Shown here piece by piece: positions 34,998-49,118 of a stretch of DNA of 64,000 bases. The translations under genes and the position numbers were made by a program. Origin of the DNA: Hydrolagus colliei (Eukaryota); contig CM068743.1 in assembly GCA_035084275.1 (NCBI GenBank), positions 116,436,001 to 116,500,000 on the forward strand, read 5' to 3'. How positions within the stretch are numbered: the stretch's first letter is position 1; the number at the start of each line of letters is the position of its first letter. The notes under the pieces were generated by a model, which saw only the letters and a list, made by a program, of their open reading frames with translations, did not search any database and had not been told where the DNA came from.

Positions 34998-35544
34998 ATG
35001 AATACAGGGGTAAAGTTACACAAGTACTGTAATGCTTTAAACATCACAACATTACTGCCTTTACAAAGTGCGTGGTTGGCAGGTAAAATGATCTGCCATA
35101 AACCATAGTTGAGGAAAAGCCAATATTATACTTAAAATATTAAATATTAAACTTCAATTAACGTAAAGCCGGGAAAAATATAAATATTGGGGGTGTTTAT
35201 GGAGAGAACACGAGAGTGTGACTAGATTAAGTGCCTTATTATAGAGCAAAATAGTAGTGCAGCCTTAGTGAGGTATTTCACTTGTTTCTATGCTGGAACA
35301 TTCAGTGATTCTGTACCTTAAGCCAAACATCAAGACTGGCCAAGTCACTAAAAGTAAATATGGCTTTAATCTTTTGTTTGGTGCAACTTTATAAAAGCCT
35401 TTCAACATTCCTGTTGCAGATCTGTTTAAACAGAGGCAGGTTCAGGTCAGGCAGTGAACTGACCACAAATATACAGATTTTTAAACTAGTCAATAAATTC
35501 TACCTACTCTTAAAAAGAAACAAGTAGAGGGTATTGGTATATCC

Positions 35545-35677
35545 CTTCTCATTCATAAAGGGATTAAGGAGTATGGGGATAAGGCTGGAGTTGGAATGGA
35601 ATATCAGTCATGATTGAATGGAGGGGCAGGCTTGATGGGCCGAATGGCCTACTCCTACTTGTTATGTTCTTATGTTA
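35545..35677 (+). mobile_element. CR1 3' tail, specific to this paralogous copy
   Basis: gggccgaatggcctactcc...ttatgttcttatg; absent from the copies upstream of V1 and V9. Confidence 0.75.
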
Positions 35678-36712
35678 TAAAATTGATAGTAAAGCTGACT
35701 AAAATATGAATTATAAGATCAAGGACGTTCTGTTGAACATAATTTCAAATTCCACCAACTAATCTCTAATTAAGAATCTGTAATAATCATTTACTGAGTC
35801 ACTCCTGTCATTTCTATTTTTATTGAGACAATTTCAGGAAGGATGAAATCATTGGCAATAATAACATTGAAAGCAATAGGAGAGAACAAGATAATGTGAG
35901 AAGTGATGTTTACGAGCTTGAATTGTATAAATTGTAGAGGGCAGGAGGGAGCGTTTGAAAGAAGTGAAACCTATATATTAACATTCTTGACAAATATCTA
36001 ATTTAATTCCACTCTCACAGTAGGTTAATATGGTTGGAGTTCCCAAACGTGTTTGATGTTCCACAAACTGATATCAACGAAAATACTATCGATCACAAAT
36101 CCTCCGTATAACCATAATGTTTCTATCAACAGCTCTGGGTATGAACTATTGTCAATCTGCTGCTGTACCTGGGACATCCTCACCACAGGAAGGACTCTAT
36201 GCAAATGTATTTCCATATCATATTGCTATGTATCTAATACCTTTCCATGTAAATGTTGTTCAGTGTCGAGTGGCATCTTCTGTAGCAAACTCAAGCGCAT
36301 TTCCACCAGCAACAGTAGTTCCTAGTGAGCTACTTTGGCTAGGGTAGAGAGAAACTGTTTTTTCTAGAGTCATAATAATTCTAGAGTTCACCTGATTGAG
36401 GCAATGGGACATTGTTGATCATCTAACCCCAAAGACCTCAATATGCTGCGTCCCCCCAGTGTAAAGCAAGATTAGGAGCTCAGATACTGTGGGAATAAAC
36501 TGCTATCAAATGAGCCAAGTTGCTAAACTAATGAATAAATGGCAAAGAGGTGAAGCAGAGCATCGAGTGTTACGCACTGAGGGGAGGAGGAAACAACCGC
36601 AAAACGGCTCTAATTGGTACAAACGGGTTTGGATCTTTCCCACAGCAACAAGCGCCAACTGAGATGGTCAAATTGGCTTGAAGCTGTCCCTGGGTCACAC
36701 ATGGTATCAAAC

Positions 36713-37147
36713 ATGCCGGGGACAGGCTGTGTCTGTTTACTCACCGTCTTGCTGTCGGGTAAGTTTATCTGGATGCAATTCAGCAGCCGCCACATTGTCA
36801 GAGAGACAGAGAGTAAACTAACCTAATGGATTGTTTTTATTTTTCCAGTTGGCTGTGATGGCTTTGCCTTGTCACAGCCCATATCCATCATCGCTAACCC
36901 AGGAACGGTAGCGAAGATTACCTGTGAAAAGAATGATATGAGCGATGACTATGTTCACTGGTACCGTGAAATTCCCGGGAAGGGGCTTCAATGGATGTTG
37001 TACTTTCATTCAAAGGACAAGAAAGATCACTCGCCTGATTTCCCAAGCCGTTTTTCTGCGGATAAACATGGGGACTGGTGCATTCTCACAATCACAAGCC
37101 TCAACTCGGCTGACACTGGCACTTATTATTGTGGTGTCTGGGATTCC
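36713..37147 (+). CDS. TRGV: TCR gamma-like V segment V4 (subgroup B); leader 36713-36758, V exon 36849-37147
   Basis: Intact leader, splice sites and V exon. Confidence 0.88.
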
Positions 37148-37186
37148 CACAGCAGCTGCAGACACACAACAGATCGTACAATAACT
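37148..37186 (+). other. 23-bp RSS of V4
   Basis: cacagca + 23 nt + acaataact. Confidence 0.92.
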
Positions 37187-37819
37187 TGCCTCTCACTCGG
37201 AAGCCAACACGGCTGCAGTTGGGTGTCAGTGTATTGAGGGGCAAACTGTGAACTGCAGCAGAGAGACCCCAGCCTGGGCAATGCTGAAGGTTGTGGTCCA
37301 GATACTGGGGAAGAACTGTACATCATGTGTTTCCGTCACTGTAATAAGCGGGAGGGGAAGAGTTGAAGAGAAATAAAATCAATTACAAATACTTCCATAT
37401 AGAAACCTTAACCAACAAGTTTTAGTGCCAACAAATTCAATCTCCATTGGATGAAATTTGCTCATTGTAAAATGAAAAACAAACAAAGCTCAGTTGTTCC
37501 TCCTGTTCACCCCCTCAGAGTTGCACTGGACCATAACATATCAATTCTGCTTCATGTTACATGAAAGATCAATTCATATTTCTGTTTGCTTTAAAACATT
37601 CTAAATCTTCTGTTGGCAACAAGATGTGTCCCACAAACACTTGTCGATTGAAATGACCAATTTTATTTGTGTTTCTCCTAGAGCCCCCCACCACCACCCC
37701 ACCCAAATAAAGCAGATTCAACAACAAAGTAAATCCCCAGGATATTATGTGGAATGATGAGATAGGCGAGGGGACGGGAGCAACACAACCACACAACAAC
37801 CATAGTTGGCAGAAAGGTG

Positions 37820-38062
37820 ATGTCACTTAAGTTTATCTGGATGCACTTAAATGATCATCGCATTATCAGAGAGTAAAATATAATAAGGAATTGTGTCTTT
37901 CCAGTGGGCTGTGATGGTCTTTCATTGACTCAGCCCATATCCATGCTCACGAAACCTAGCAGGGACAATAGATATTACCTGCTCAGTGCCGGGTGGATCA
38001 ATGCAGATTATGTATGTTCATTGGTACCATGGGAATCCCGGCAAAGTGGTTTGAATGGAGTT
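37820..38062 (+). pseudogene. Subgroup C V pseudogene psi2
   Basis: Leader largely deleted, donor mutated (ttaagt); V exon from 37905 is frameshifted and carries the FR2-to-post-RSS deletion. Confidence 0.8.
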
Positions 38063-39356
38063 TCCAGGAGTCTCAGTGTATTGAAGGGAAGGTTATTAAG
38101 TGCAGCAGAAAGAAAACAACCTGATAAAATCTGAACGTTTTGGGATCATGTTCAGCTTCATCTGTGATTCGGGAAAAAAAAATATTGAGAGAACGGAGGG
38201 ACTTTGCAATAGTATTTTTCTCGGGAGGGTGGGGAGGTGAAGATTCAGAAAAGTGCCTTAGTCTAGGTGAAAATTGTCACCAGAGATATTTACAAAAATT
38301 ATTATTTTACAAATTATCACAAAACGAATTAAATTATCTGAAAACACTCGCTCGTGAATACCGAGTTCTTAACCAAATAAGGCAATAATAATACTCTTTG
38401 CGTTTGCCATAACGCCTTGTCACATTCTCCAAACATCACTCCTCAAAGCGCCTTCAGACGTCCTACCAACGCTTAAAAACCTGCTTTACGCATGTAATTT
38501 TGTTGTTGATGATGTTTCTAAAAGCGGTTTTCGTGTGAAGTCCAGTGACAGTATTATGTAAGTGAATGGGACAATATATTTGAATTGCCATTGGCTTCCA
38601 AGAATTCAATTGACTGTAACATGTTTCTTTTTCAACATCAAATCCATTAAAGATCGCACACTCATATCACAATCTCCTGATCGTTCCTCTGAAAATATAT
38701 ATTTTAAGTATCTGACGTATTATTTTTCTCTGACGGAAAATGGAAGACTTTCAGACAAATGTTGTCGCTAACAGCTTTCTGGGTTGTGAATGCTGTCATA
38801 TTTGTAAGACAAACTCAATATTTTTGAAGTGGAGGTTCAAATGTATCTAATAATCGAGTCCTGACCAAGACGATTTTCTTAATCGCCTACCCTGTGTTTA
38901 TATCACCCGAACAATCAAATCCCCCCACTAAGCCTATGCCCTCTCCAGGCCTGGTTTCCCCAAGGTCCTTCTCACCAAACTTCACATTCTTACAATACAA
39001 AAATTCTAGATCATTAATAACACAGCACTGTATTTGCCAAAACAAGCTCCGTGAGACCATCAATATCAGACTCCACTGACATCCCATTCCCCAACAAAAC
39101 CTCAAATATTGCGGGCCTTGAACCCACAACCTTCTGACACAGAACCTGCGGTTGCTGCCAAATGAGCCAATCTGATAGACAATGAAGAAATGGCCAGAGG
39201 TAACGCTCAGCTTGAAGAGGTGATGGGAGGAGGGAAACACAACCGCAAACACTGCTTATTGGCACAAACAGGTTTAGATCATTCTCACTCAAGACGAACG
39301 CAGTGATCTGGTCAGATCCCCCTCAAGCTGTGCTGAGGGCTCACATCACATCAGAT

Positions 39357-39788
39357 ATGTGGGGGGCAGGTTGTGTCTGTGTGCTCAGTGCCCTGGTGTC
39401 ATGTAAGTTTATCTGGATGCAATTTAATGATTATCACATCATCAGAGACAGTAAACGAGGCTAATGATTTTATTTTGTGTTTCCAGTTGGCTGTGAGGGC
39501 TTTACCTTGTCACAACCCTTGTCCATGATCAAGGAGAAAGGAAAAATAGCAATGATTCCCTGTGAAATGAAAGATAAATCAATGGGCAATGACTATGTTC
39601 ACTGGTACCGTGAGAATCCCGGGAAGGGGCTTCAATGGATTCTCTACCACACGGGAACGAAGACAGAAAACTCGCCTGATTTCCCAAGCCGTTATTCTGC
39701 CTTTATAAGTGGGGACTCCTGCGCTATCAGAATCAAACGTCTCTCCTCGGCTGACACTGGCACTTATTATTGTGGAGTCTGGGATTCC
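39357..39788 (+). CDS. TRGV: TCR gamma-like V segment V5 (subgroup A); leader 39357-39402, V exon 39487-39788
   Basis: Open frame and canonical splice sites; RSS heptamer variant. Confidence 0.85.
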
Positions 39789-39827
39789 CACATCAGCTGC
39801 AGACACACAACAGATCGTACAATAACT
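39789..39827 (+). other. 23-bp RSS of V5 with variant heptamer
   Basis: cacatca + 23 nt + acaataact. Confidence 0.88.
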
Positions 39828-39949
39828 TGCCTCTCACTCGGAAGCCAACACGGCTGCAGTTGGGTGTCAGTGTATTGAGGGGGAAACTGTGAACTGCAGC
39901 AGAGAGACCCCAGCCTGGTCAATGCTGAAGGTTGTGGTCCAGATAATGG

Positions 39950-40090
39950 GAACATAAGGTTATAAAAATTAGGAGCAGGAGTAGGCCATTCGGCCCCTCG
40001 AGCCTGCCCCGCCATTCAATAAGGTCATGGCTGATCTTCTAATCTTACTCCACCTGCCTACTTTATCCCCATATCCCTTAATCCCTTTAT
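39950..40090 (-). mobile_element. CR1 3' tail
   Basis: aattaggagcaggagtaggccattcggccc..., same as the CR1 end at 46.2 kb. Confidence 0.78.
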
Positions 40091-40293
40091 TCACAAGAAA
40101 TCTATAGAAGAACTATATGGCATGTGTTTCTGTCATTGTATTAAGCGGGAGGGGAAGAGTTAAAGGGGAACCCAATTTTAGTCACTCGGTCATTTTGCAC
40201 CAATTGTAGTTTGCACCAATTGTAGTTTGCACAGCAATCATATGGTGAGCTTAAACAATAAAATCACATATCTGATATGATGTGTGGACTCTA

Positions 40294-40606
40294 TAATAAT
40301 AATCATTGCATTTGATACAGTGCTTTTCACGTCTTCTCGACGTTTAAAAGTGCTTCACAGAATATACCGTAAAGTGAATTGACTGTATATTTGTGGGTGA
40401 AACACTGCAGCCAATTGTGAACAGCAGTGTCCCACAAACAGTCTTGGATTGAAATGACCAATTTTATTTTTGTCTTTTTTACCGATTATTATTTGGCATG
40501 TAGAGTAAGGAAAGTTTCCCAAGGTTTCATCCTTACCTGCCTGGATTCGAACACTGGTCTCAGGCTTGTAGAGACGAGTGCTCTAACCACTGAGCTACAG
40601 GATTCC
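40294..40606 (-). mobile_element. tRNA-headed SINE, specific to this paralogous copy
   Basis: Full head, body and tail in reverse; absent from the paralogous flank near 51975. Confidence 0.85.
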
Positions 40607-41164
40607 TCAACATTAATTACAATCACTTTGTAAGTGACTGTCTGATATCTAATTATCATATCTGATGTGATGTGTGGACTTTGTAATAAAACCAATTACA
40701 AACACTTTGAAATGGAAACATTAACAATTCAAGTTTAAAGACGAACATTTTCAATCACCATTGGGTGGCATTTACTAATTGTAAAATGAAAACCAACAAA
40801 GGTCAGCTTTTTCTCCTGTTCACCCCCTCTCGGTTGGATTGTAAACTATAACATATCAGTTCTGTTTGACGCTAGAGGAGAGATCAATAACCATCATTTT
40901 CACTTTTAAAAAATTCGAAATTTTCTGTTTAAAACAAGATGAGAAGTTTCTCCCACAGCTCCCAGCACCTACCCCCATAAAACACACACAGCAAAAGAGT
41001 AAATGCGCTCAGAGATTGTGTGGAACGATGAGATAGGCGAGGGGTCGGCAGAAACACAACCACACAATAACGGTAATTGGCAGAAAGAGGTTTCAATCAT
41101 TCCCACAGATATGAAGCGCCAAGATCAGCTTCAAGATCCTCCTTGTCCACACATCACATCAGAT

Positions 41165-41452
41165 ATGTGGGGGGCAGGTTCTGTCTGTGTGCTGAGTGCC
41201 TTGATGTCCCGTAAGGTTATCTGGATGCATTTAAATGATCATCACATTATCAGAGAGTTAAATATAATAAGGATTTTTATTTGTCTTTCCAGTGAGCTGT
41301 GATGGTCTGTCCTTGACTCAGCCCATATCCATGGTCAAGAAACCCAGCAGGACAGTAGAGATTACCTGCTCCTTGGCGGGTGGATCAATGAAGATTATGT
41401 ATGTTCCCTGGTACCGTGGGAATTCCGGGAAAGTGGTTTGAATGGAGTTTCC
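41165..41452 (+). pseudogene. Subgroup C V pseudogene psi3
   Basis: Intact leader 41165-41210 and splice sites; V exon from 41293 open to TGA at 41439-41441; CDR2/FR3/RSS deleted. Confidence 0.83.
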
Positions 41453-42736
41453 AGGAGTCTCAATGTATTGAAGGGGAGGTTGTTAACTGCAGGAGAGAGA
41501 AACCAATCTAGTAAAATCTGATCGTTTGGGGATCATGTTCAGTTTCATGTGTGATTCGGAAAAATGAATTGAGAAGAAGTAGGGAGTTTTAAATTGTATT
41601 TTTCTCGGGGTGTGAGATGAAGATTCAGAAAAGTGCCTTAGTCTAGGTAACAATCGTCATCAGTTATAGATACAAAAATGATAATTTTACAAACGGTCAC
41701 AAACTGTGTTGATCAACGAATTCTATCATCTGAAAACACTCTCTCGTGAAAATCGCGGACTAAATAAGACAATTCATCTTAAATAATAATCCTCACTGCG
41801 TTTGCCATAACGTCGTTACATTGTAGAAACATCGCTGCTCAAAGCGCCTTGAGCCGTTATTACAACGCTTAAAAATTGGCTTTACACATGTCATTTTGTT
41901 GTTGTTGTTTCTCAGAGTGTATATAAGTGAATAAGAAAATATATTTGAATTGCCATCGGCATCTAAGAATTCCATTTATTGTAACATGTTTTTTTCTTCA
42001 AAAATATACTCCAATAAACATCGCACAGTCAGATGGCAGTCTGCTGATCATTCCTCAGGAAATGCATATTTTTAGTGTCTGACACATTTTTTGTCTCTGA
42101 CGGTAAATGGAAGATTGTCAGACAAATGTTTTCGATAATAGCTTTCTAGGCTGTGAATACTGTCATATTTGGAAATATCTGTTGATATTGAGATGAACTC
42201 AATTTGTTTTAATGGAGTTTGAAATGTATTTTAAATTCAAGATCTGCCCAAGACCATTTTCTTAATTGCCTACCTCTGTCATTAAATCAGCCCCGACAAT
42301 CAAATCCCTCCTCTATATATCTGCCCCGTCCAGGCCTGGTTTCCCTAGGTCCTCCTTACCAACCTTCCCATCATTGCTCCACTAAAACTCAAGACCATTA
42401 ATAACACAATCTTTGCCAAAACAAGCTATGTGAGACCATCAGTGCCAGACTCCACTAACAATCTATTCCCCAGTTAAAGCCACAAATATTGTGGGCCTTG
42501 AACCCACAACCTTCTGACACAGAACCTGCGGTTGCTGCCAAATGAGCCAATCTGATAGACAATGAAGAAATGGCCAGAGGTAACGCTCAGCTTGAAGAGG
42601 TGATGGGAGGAGGGAAACACAACCGCAAACACTGCTTATTGGCACAAACAGGTTTAGATCATTCTCGCTCAAGACGAACGCAGTGATCTGGTCAGATCCC
42701 CCTCAAGCTGTGCTGAGGGCTCACATCACATCAGAT

Positions 42737-43171
42737 ATGTGGGGGGCAGGTTGTGTCTGTGTGCTCAGTGCCCTGGTGTCATGTAAGTTTATCTGGATGC
42801 AATTTAATGATTATCACATCATCAGAGACAGTAAACGAGGCTAATGATTTTATTTTGTGTTTCCAGTTGGCTGTGAGGGCTTTACCTTGTCACAGCCCAT
42901 GTCCATGATCAGGGAGGAAGGAAAAACAGCAATGATTGTCTGTGAAATGAAAGATAAATCAATGGGCAATGATTATGTTCACTGGTACCGTGAGAATCCC
43001 GGGAAGGGGCTTCAATGGATGCTGTATTTTCACTCAAAGGAGAAGAAAGATCGGTCGCCTGATTTCCCAAGCCGTTTTTCTGCTGTTAAAAGTGGGGACC
43101 TGTGCACTCTCAGAATCGAAAGCCTCAACTCGGCTGACGCTGGCACTTACTACTGTGGAGTCTGGGATTCC
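42737..43171 (+). CDS. TRGV: TCR gamma-like V segment V6 (subgroup A); leader 42737-42782, V exon 42867-43171
   Basis: Intact leader, splice sites and V exon. Confidence 0.88.
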
Positions 43172-43210
43172 CACAGCAGCTGCAGACACACAACAGATCG
43201 TACAATAATT
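43172..43210 (+). other. 23-bp RSS of V6
   Basis: cacagca + 23 nt + acaataatt. Confidence 0.9.
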
Positions 43211-44941
43211 TGCCTCTCACTTGATATCCGTTCGGGTGCAGTCTTCATTGCATTCAGGGAGAAGCTGTTAACTGCATTAGAGTGAACAATAATCACAAGG
43301 TGGGCTTCTAGACGAATAGAATTCAATTACAAACGTGGACAGCGTAATCGTTTCCTTAATAGGATAAATACAGCTTTGATACAACGCGTTTGTATTTCAA
43401 TTTACTGTAAGTATTCATTCGAAAAATCCCAACAAAAGGTAGGACACAGGGATTAACTCCTTTCGCTTTTTGAGTAGTGCCTTGGGATCTTTAGCGTCCA
43501 CCTGGACAAAGCAGACTGGATCTCGGGATAACGTTTCCCCTGAAAGAGGACAACTCCAACAATTCAGACCGGGTTGGTCAGCGCAGAATATATCGGATCC
43601 AAGTCCTGATGTAGGATTTAAAGCAACAAAGTTCTTACTTGGGGCAGACTACTACCAACTGAACCAGACTGCTGATTAAATATTAATTATGGAAAATGTA
43701 TTAAGATCACGCCTCACTCCCTATTTGAATAAGACATGTGTTGTCCTCCAGTCCTTGGGGGGGCAGCGTCTGTCTTTCTACAAATCCTGAAATACCAATC
43801 AGATGAGTGGATTTTATTTTTCTGACAATTCTCGTGCCATTGGGGGAGGAACATCAACAGATCATCAGGGAGGTTCAGCTGAAGAAAATCCCCGTGTTCT
43901 TAGCCCGGCGGATCACAGTATTTCCGAGCCCTGCCTGCGACCAACCAGTCAGCCAAATCTTCGGCTCAGTCTGAAGATGTGTACCGCTTCTCTGGGAACA
44001 TGGACTCATCACAATCAGCTCCTATTTACTGTACAAGTCCTGGCTAATGGGGTGGTCCTTGTTGGGTAAGCTTGCTGGGCAATGCTGTGGTTATGTGGTT
44101 TTGTATTAAACAGCAAGACTGTCTCAATAGATACTCATGGATTGGCCATCTTTGGATGTCTAAACCGTGGCCAATAATCTCTGCAATTAGCAACTCTCGG
44201 TCTGCTCTGGTGATGCGTTTTCCCATGTATCAGAAACACCGCTGACCGACCCCCCTTAAAAAGTACATTGATAAATAGCATCCGTCTCCCATTCACTGAA
44301 GCCAGCCTGATTTCCGATGTATCAGTGTTGAACGTTGATTCCGAATCCGTATACCACGACTATCAACGGGTAGCATAGATTTCTCCGCTCCTCAGCAGAT
44401 CAACCCAAGGAAATATCACTTAAGATAACATGTGACTGCTCTGAGCTACTATTTACTTTCATTTAATCTAAAATGAAACCACAGACTGATCTCATCACTT
44501 ACTGTATTGGGTGGTCGCCAACAACAACCACAACATTACATTTATAGAGTGCCTTACACGTAGGGAGGACGGGACCCGAGCAATGGAGAGGGACAGGGCA
44601 GTGGGGAGGGGTAGGATAGAATTAGGTGGGGGGGGAGAGAGTTGGGAGGGCAGCAGAAGGCATGGTCGAAGAGAAGTGTCTTAAAACCAGCCTTGAAGGA
44701 GGCAAGGGAGGGAGTGAGATGAAGGGATTGTGGGATGGAGTTCCAGAATGTAGGGGCAGAGAGGCTGAAAGCCTGGCCACTGATGGCGTGTCAGGCGAGG
44801 GACATGGAGCAGGCCTGAGCCTGCTGAACGGAGGGGGTGGGGAGGTTCATAGGAGGACAGAAAGACAGAGTGTTAGATGGGGGCAAGGCCGAGAATGACC
44901 TTGAAAGTGAGGACAAGGAACACAAATTCGATCCTCTAGGG

Positions 44942-45260
44942 CAGTGGTTCCCAATCTTTTGTGCTGAGACCCTAAATTGGTCACCAACAGGACTTCCCGA
45001 CCCTTAGGGGGTGCCTGCTTGACTGAAGCGAAGCTCAGCCAAGACGATATCACCATCTCTTTTGTGGACTCAGCACAAATCACAAGTACGGTCTTTCATG
45101 CCAATTAGTCGGTGGTGCCGCCTCGGGCACTTTTCAGCATTAAAAAAGCATTTTCAGCATTAAAACAGCAACAACAAAAAAATTCTGATGACTCTCCGTG
45201 ACCCTACAGAAGACTCCCGCGACCTTGATTTGGGTTGGGACCCGAGGTTGGGAACCACTG
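44942..45260. mobile_element. hAT (Charlie-type) MITE
   Basis: TIRs cagtggttcccaa / ttgggaaccactg with perfect 8-bp TSD ctctaggg (44934-44941 and 45261-45268). Confidence 0.92.
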
Positions 45261-46204
45261 CTCTAGGGGATGGGAAGCCAAGGGAGGGAGTGATGTGCTC
45301 GCAGAGCTTGTGCCAGTGAGGACATGAGCTGCAGAGGATGATCTGCAGCTTGTGAAAGGAAGAACCATGAAGGCCGACAAGGAGGGAGTTTCCATAGTCA
45401 TGCCTTGATGTGATGATCGTGTGGACTATGGTTTCGGCAGCCTGAGGGTTGAGTTTGACGATATTGCGAAGATGGTGGAAGGCAGTCCTGGTCATGTCAT
45501 GTATGTGGGGGAGGAAGGACATTTCAGGGTCAAACCAGATGCCCATGTTCCTCAATGGCTGAGAGCGGTGGAGAGTGCAACCTTGGATGCTGATGCTGTC
45601 AGCACCTGAAGTGCAGAGGCACTGACGTGAGTAAATCCGGAGGGCCTCAGTCAGTCTTGCAAACATTCAGCTGGAGAAAGTTGTCTCTTGTGCAATTCAA
45701 TGTCAGACAGGAAGGCAGTCCTGGAGTTGAGGGTGGAACTGGAAAGGTAGTGCTGGGTGTCATTCACATACACATGGAAATTTACCCCATGTCTGCGGAT
45801 GATGTCCACAAGGAGGAGCATGTAGAGTGGTGAAGAGGAGGGACCAAGGTGTTAACAGTGAAACATGTGTGTTTACTAACTATTAGTAAAAAATATATAA
45901 TTGTAGCTATTGAACCATAAAAATTATGGTTTAATTCAATGTAACCCTTGAATATATGTAATGGTTGTCATGAGCATTATGAGTAGTAAGGCTGTGTGAA
46001 CCAGCCAAGTGAACCAGCCGTGTGTGAATCAGCCATGTGAACCAAGACCGACTCGAGTCAGGAAGATGTTAGGAGACTGGTAATATCCAGTCGATATCAG
46101 GAGAGCAGGACAATGAACAGAGAGAAGTAATCAAGAGAAAGTAACAGAAAATAGTTCAAGGTTAGAGTACATGGAAGGTTGCTACAGGGAAATAGGTTAG
46201 AGTA

Positions 46205-47690
46205 ACATAAGAACGTAAGAACATAAGAATTAGGAGCAGGAGTAGGCCATTCGGCCCCTTGAGCCTGCCCCGCCATTTGATAAGATCATGGCTGATCTTC
46301 TGACCAAACTCTAATTACCTGCCCTATCCCCATATCCCCTAATCCCTCTATTTAAAAAAATCTATCAGTCTCAGCCTTGAAAATGTTCAAGAACTGAGCA
46401 CCGACAGCCTTCTGGGGTAGTGAATTCCATAAATTCACTACCCTCTGAGTGAAAAAATGTTTCCTCAACTCTGTTCTAAAAGGCTGACCTTTAATTTTAA
46501 AGACTGTAACCCCTGGTTATAGATTCTACTACCAGGGGAAACAATCCCTCATTGTCGACTTGATCCAGCCCTTTAAAAATCTTGTATGTTTCAATAAGAT
46601 CTCCCCTAATTCTTCTGTACTCTAAAGAATACAGCCCTAGTTTATTCAAGCTATCCTCATGGGTTAGTCCCCTCATCCCAGGAACTAACCTAGTGAATCT
46701 ATGCTGCACCAGCTCTAAGGCAAGTATGTCCTGTTTTAAATGAGGAGACCAAAACTGCATTCTAGGTGCGGCCTTACCAAGGCCCTCTACAGTTGCAGCA
46801 AGACTTCCCTACTCTTGTACTCTAAACCTTTGCAATGAATGCTATCATGCCGTTCGCCTTCTTGGTTGCTTGCTGTACCTGCAAACAAACTTTTGTGACT
46901 GGTGTACAAGGACACCCAAATCCCTCTGAACACTAATATTATCTAATTTCTCCCCTTCTAGAAAATAATCTGTTTTTCTATTTTTGCTCCCTCGGTGAAT
47001 AACTTCACACTTCCCCACATCAAAATTTCCTCTGCCACCTACCTGCCCACTCTGATAGCCTATCTATATCCCATTGCAATATTTTTGCATCATCATTAGA
47101 GCTCACTCTCCCACCTAGTTTAGTGTCATCCGCGAATTTAGATTTGTTACATTCAATGTCCTCATCTAGATCATTGATGTAAATTGTAAATAGCTGAGGC
47201 CCAAGCACTGATCTTTGCGGCACTCCACTAGTCACATCCTGCCAATTCGAGAATGACTCATTTATGCCTACTCTCTGTTTTCTACGCATTAGCCACTCTT
47301 CAATCCATGATAATATGCTCCCATTAATCCAGTGAGCCTTAACCTTGTGCAATAGCCTTTTATGTGGCACTTTGTCAAATACCTTCTGAAAATCTGAATA
47401 TACTACTCTACTGGTTCCCCCCTATCTAACCTGCTAGATACATCCTCAAAAAACTCTAACAGATTAGTTAAGCATGACTTCCCTTTTGTAAAGCCATGTT
47501 GACTCTGCCTATTTTTGTTATGGTCTTCCAGGTATCCCATAACGACATCCTTAATTAAGGATTCAAGAATTTTCCCTACCACTGATGTCAGATTAAGTGG
47601 TGAATAATTTCCCACCTTTTCTCTCCCACCCTTCTGAAATAGTGGCGTTACATTTGCAATCTTCCAATCACTGAGAACCGTTCCAGAATC
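46205..47690 (-). mobile_element. CR1 LINE 3' portion (RT domain)
   Basis: ORFs 47403-47615, 47020-47370 (GVPQRSVLGP, SKFADDTKLG) and 46497-46760; acataagaac tail. Confidence 0.92.
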
Positions 47691-48539
47691 AGTTTGTATA
47701 AGCAGGAGAGGGAAAGGAATGCCAAGCCAAGGTTATTCCTCCTAAGATTAATTGAATTAGCTGGACAGAAGACCTCTCGTGAGAATGAGAGGTGCTGACT
47801 TGTTAATTCAATTAAGAAGACCAAAAGGTCCCAATCAGGTACTGTACTCATAATCGGGTACTCATATCACATATATATTGTCTGAACGCTGCTAAAAGGT
47901 ACAAGACTAGAAACTGGAGAAGGTTTTCAGTGAGTCTACTCTTAAATTGGTCAACTTAAGTCAGTTAACTTTTTGGTCAATTGGTGGACTCTTCAATGGA
48001 AGAGCAGGAGAACCGGAAAAAGAGAGCTTGGGCACAGAAGCTACACTCTGTGTAGGCTCTAAACTGGGATTCAGAGACCAGCAGCTGAATCACAAATCCA
48101 GTTGATCACGCTGATCATTTGAGCGTTGCAAGGGACGAGGCAGAGAACTTCGGTCAAGCAGACTAACCAACTATCTGATGTAGGACGTCTAGCAACATCT
48201 TGTGTAGGGAGGAAAGAGAACAGTGCCGAGGCTGAAGAGAGAGGGAGAGAAAGTGAGAGTGTCCTGCATTTACAGCTACAGCAGCAGAGACACTGCCCAG
48301 AGGGAAAGTAAGAGAAAGAGAATGAACAATCTGTCCTGCAGCTACCACTACAGCAACAGAAATATCATTCACTCGAGAGGAGTGAAAGGGTAGAGCGAGA
48401 GCTGAATGGGTATCACTGTATAATCCAATCTTGGGCTGCCCCATACTCACCCACATGCACCCAGCTTACAGTCACACAACAATCATGGATAGTTTTGATT
48501 ACAGTTAACTGATGTTTAACCGCCATTACCTCACTTTGA

Positions 48540-49118
48540 AAGCCGCTGCAAGCCTCATCCATGCCTTCATTACATTGGCTCGATTATCCAAATGCCTTGC
48601 TGATCGGCCTCACCAATTCCTCCCTCTGCAGCCTGCAGTTAATCCAAAACTCTGCAGCCCATGTCCTCTACCATTCCAAACTTCATGACCCCATCTCCCC
48701 CATCGTTGTCCGACTCCATTGGCTCCCCATCACCCAGAGAATCCAAATCAAGATCCTGGTCCTCACATATAAAGCCCTCCTCGACCTCAGCCCACCCTAC
48801 ATCTGTGACCTCCTATCCCTTTACCAACCTGCCTGCCCCCTCCTCAGCAGACTCCGGCCTGCTGCATGTCCCCCGACCATTGACTTGAGAGCCTTCAGTC
48901 ACTCTGCCCCCAACCATCCCGAAGAGCATCCACCTCGCACCCTCCCTGGCCTCCTTCAAGTCTCGCCTCAAGACTCTCCTCTTTGATGGTCCCATCGGCG
49001 ACTACTCCCCGCACGCCCCTGTCCTTAGCTCGGGTCTGAAGCAGTAACCTGTCCAGCGCTTTGGGACGTCCTCCTGACGTGAAGGCGCTATACAAATGTA
49101 ATTTTATTGTTGTTGTTG
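48540..49118 (+). mobile_element. L2 3' fragment
   Basis: ORF 48561-48986: LQLIQNSAAHVL...LHWLPITQRIQIKILVLTYKAL; tail. Confidence 0.88.
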
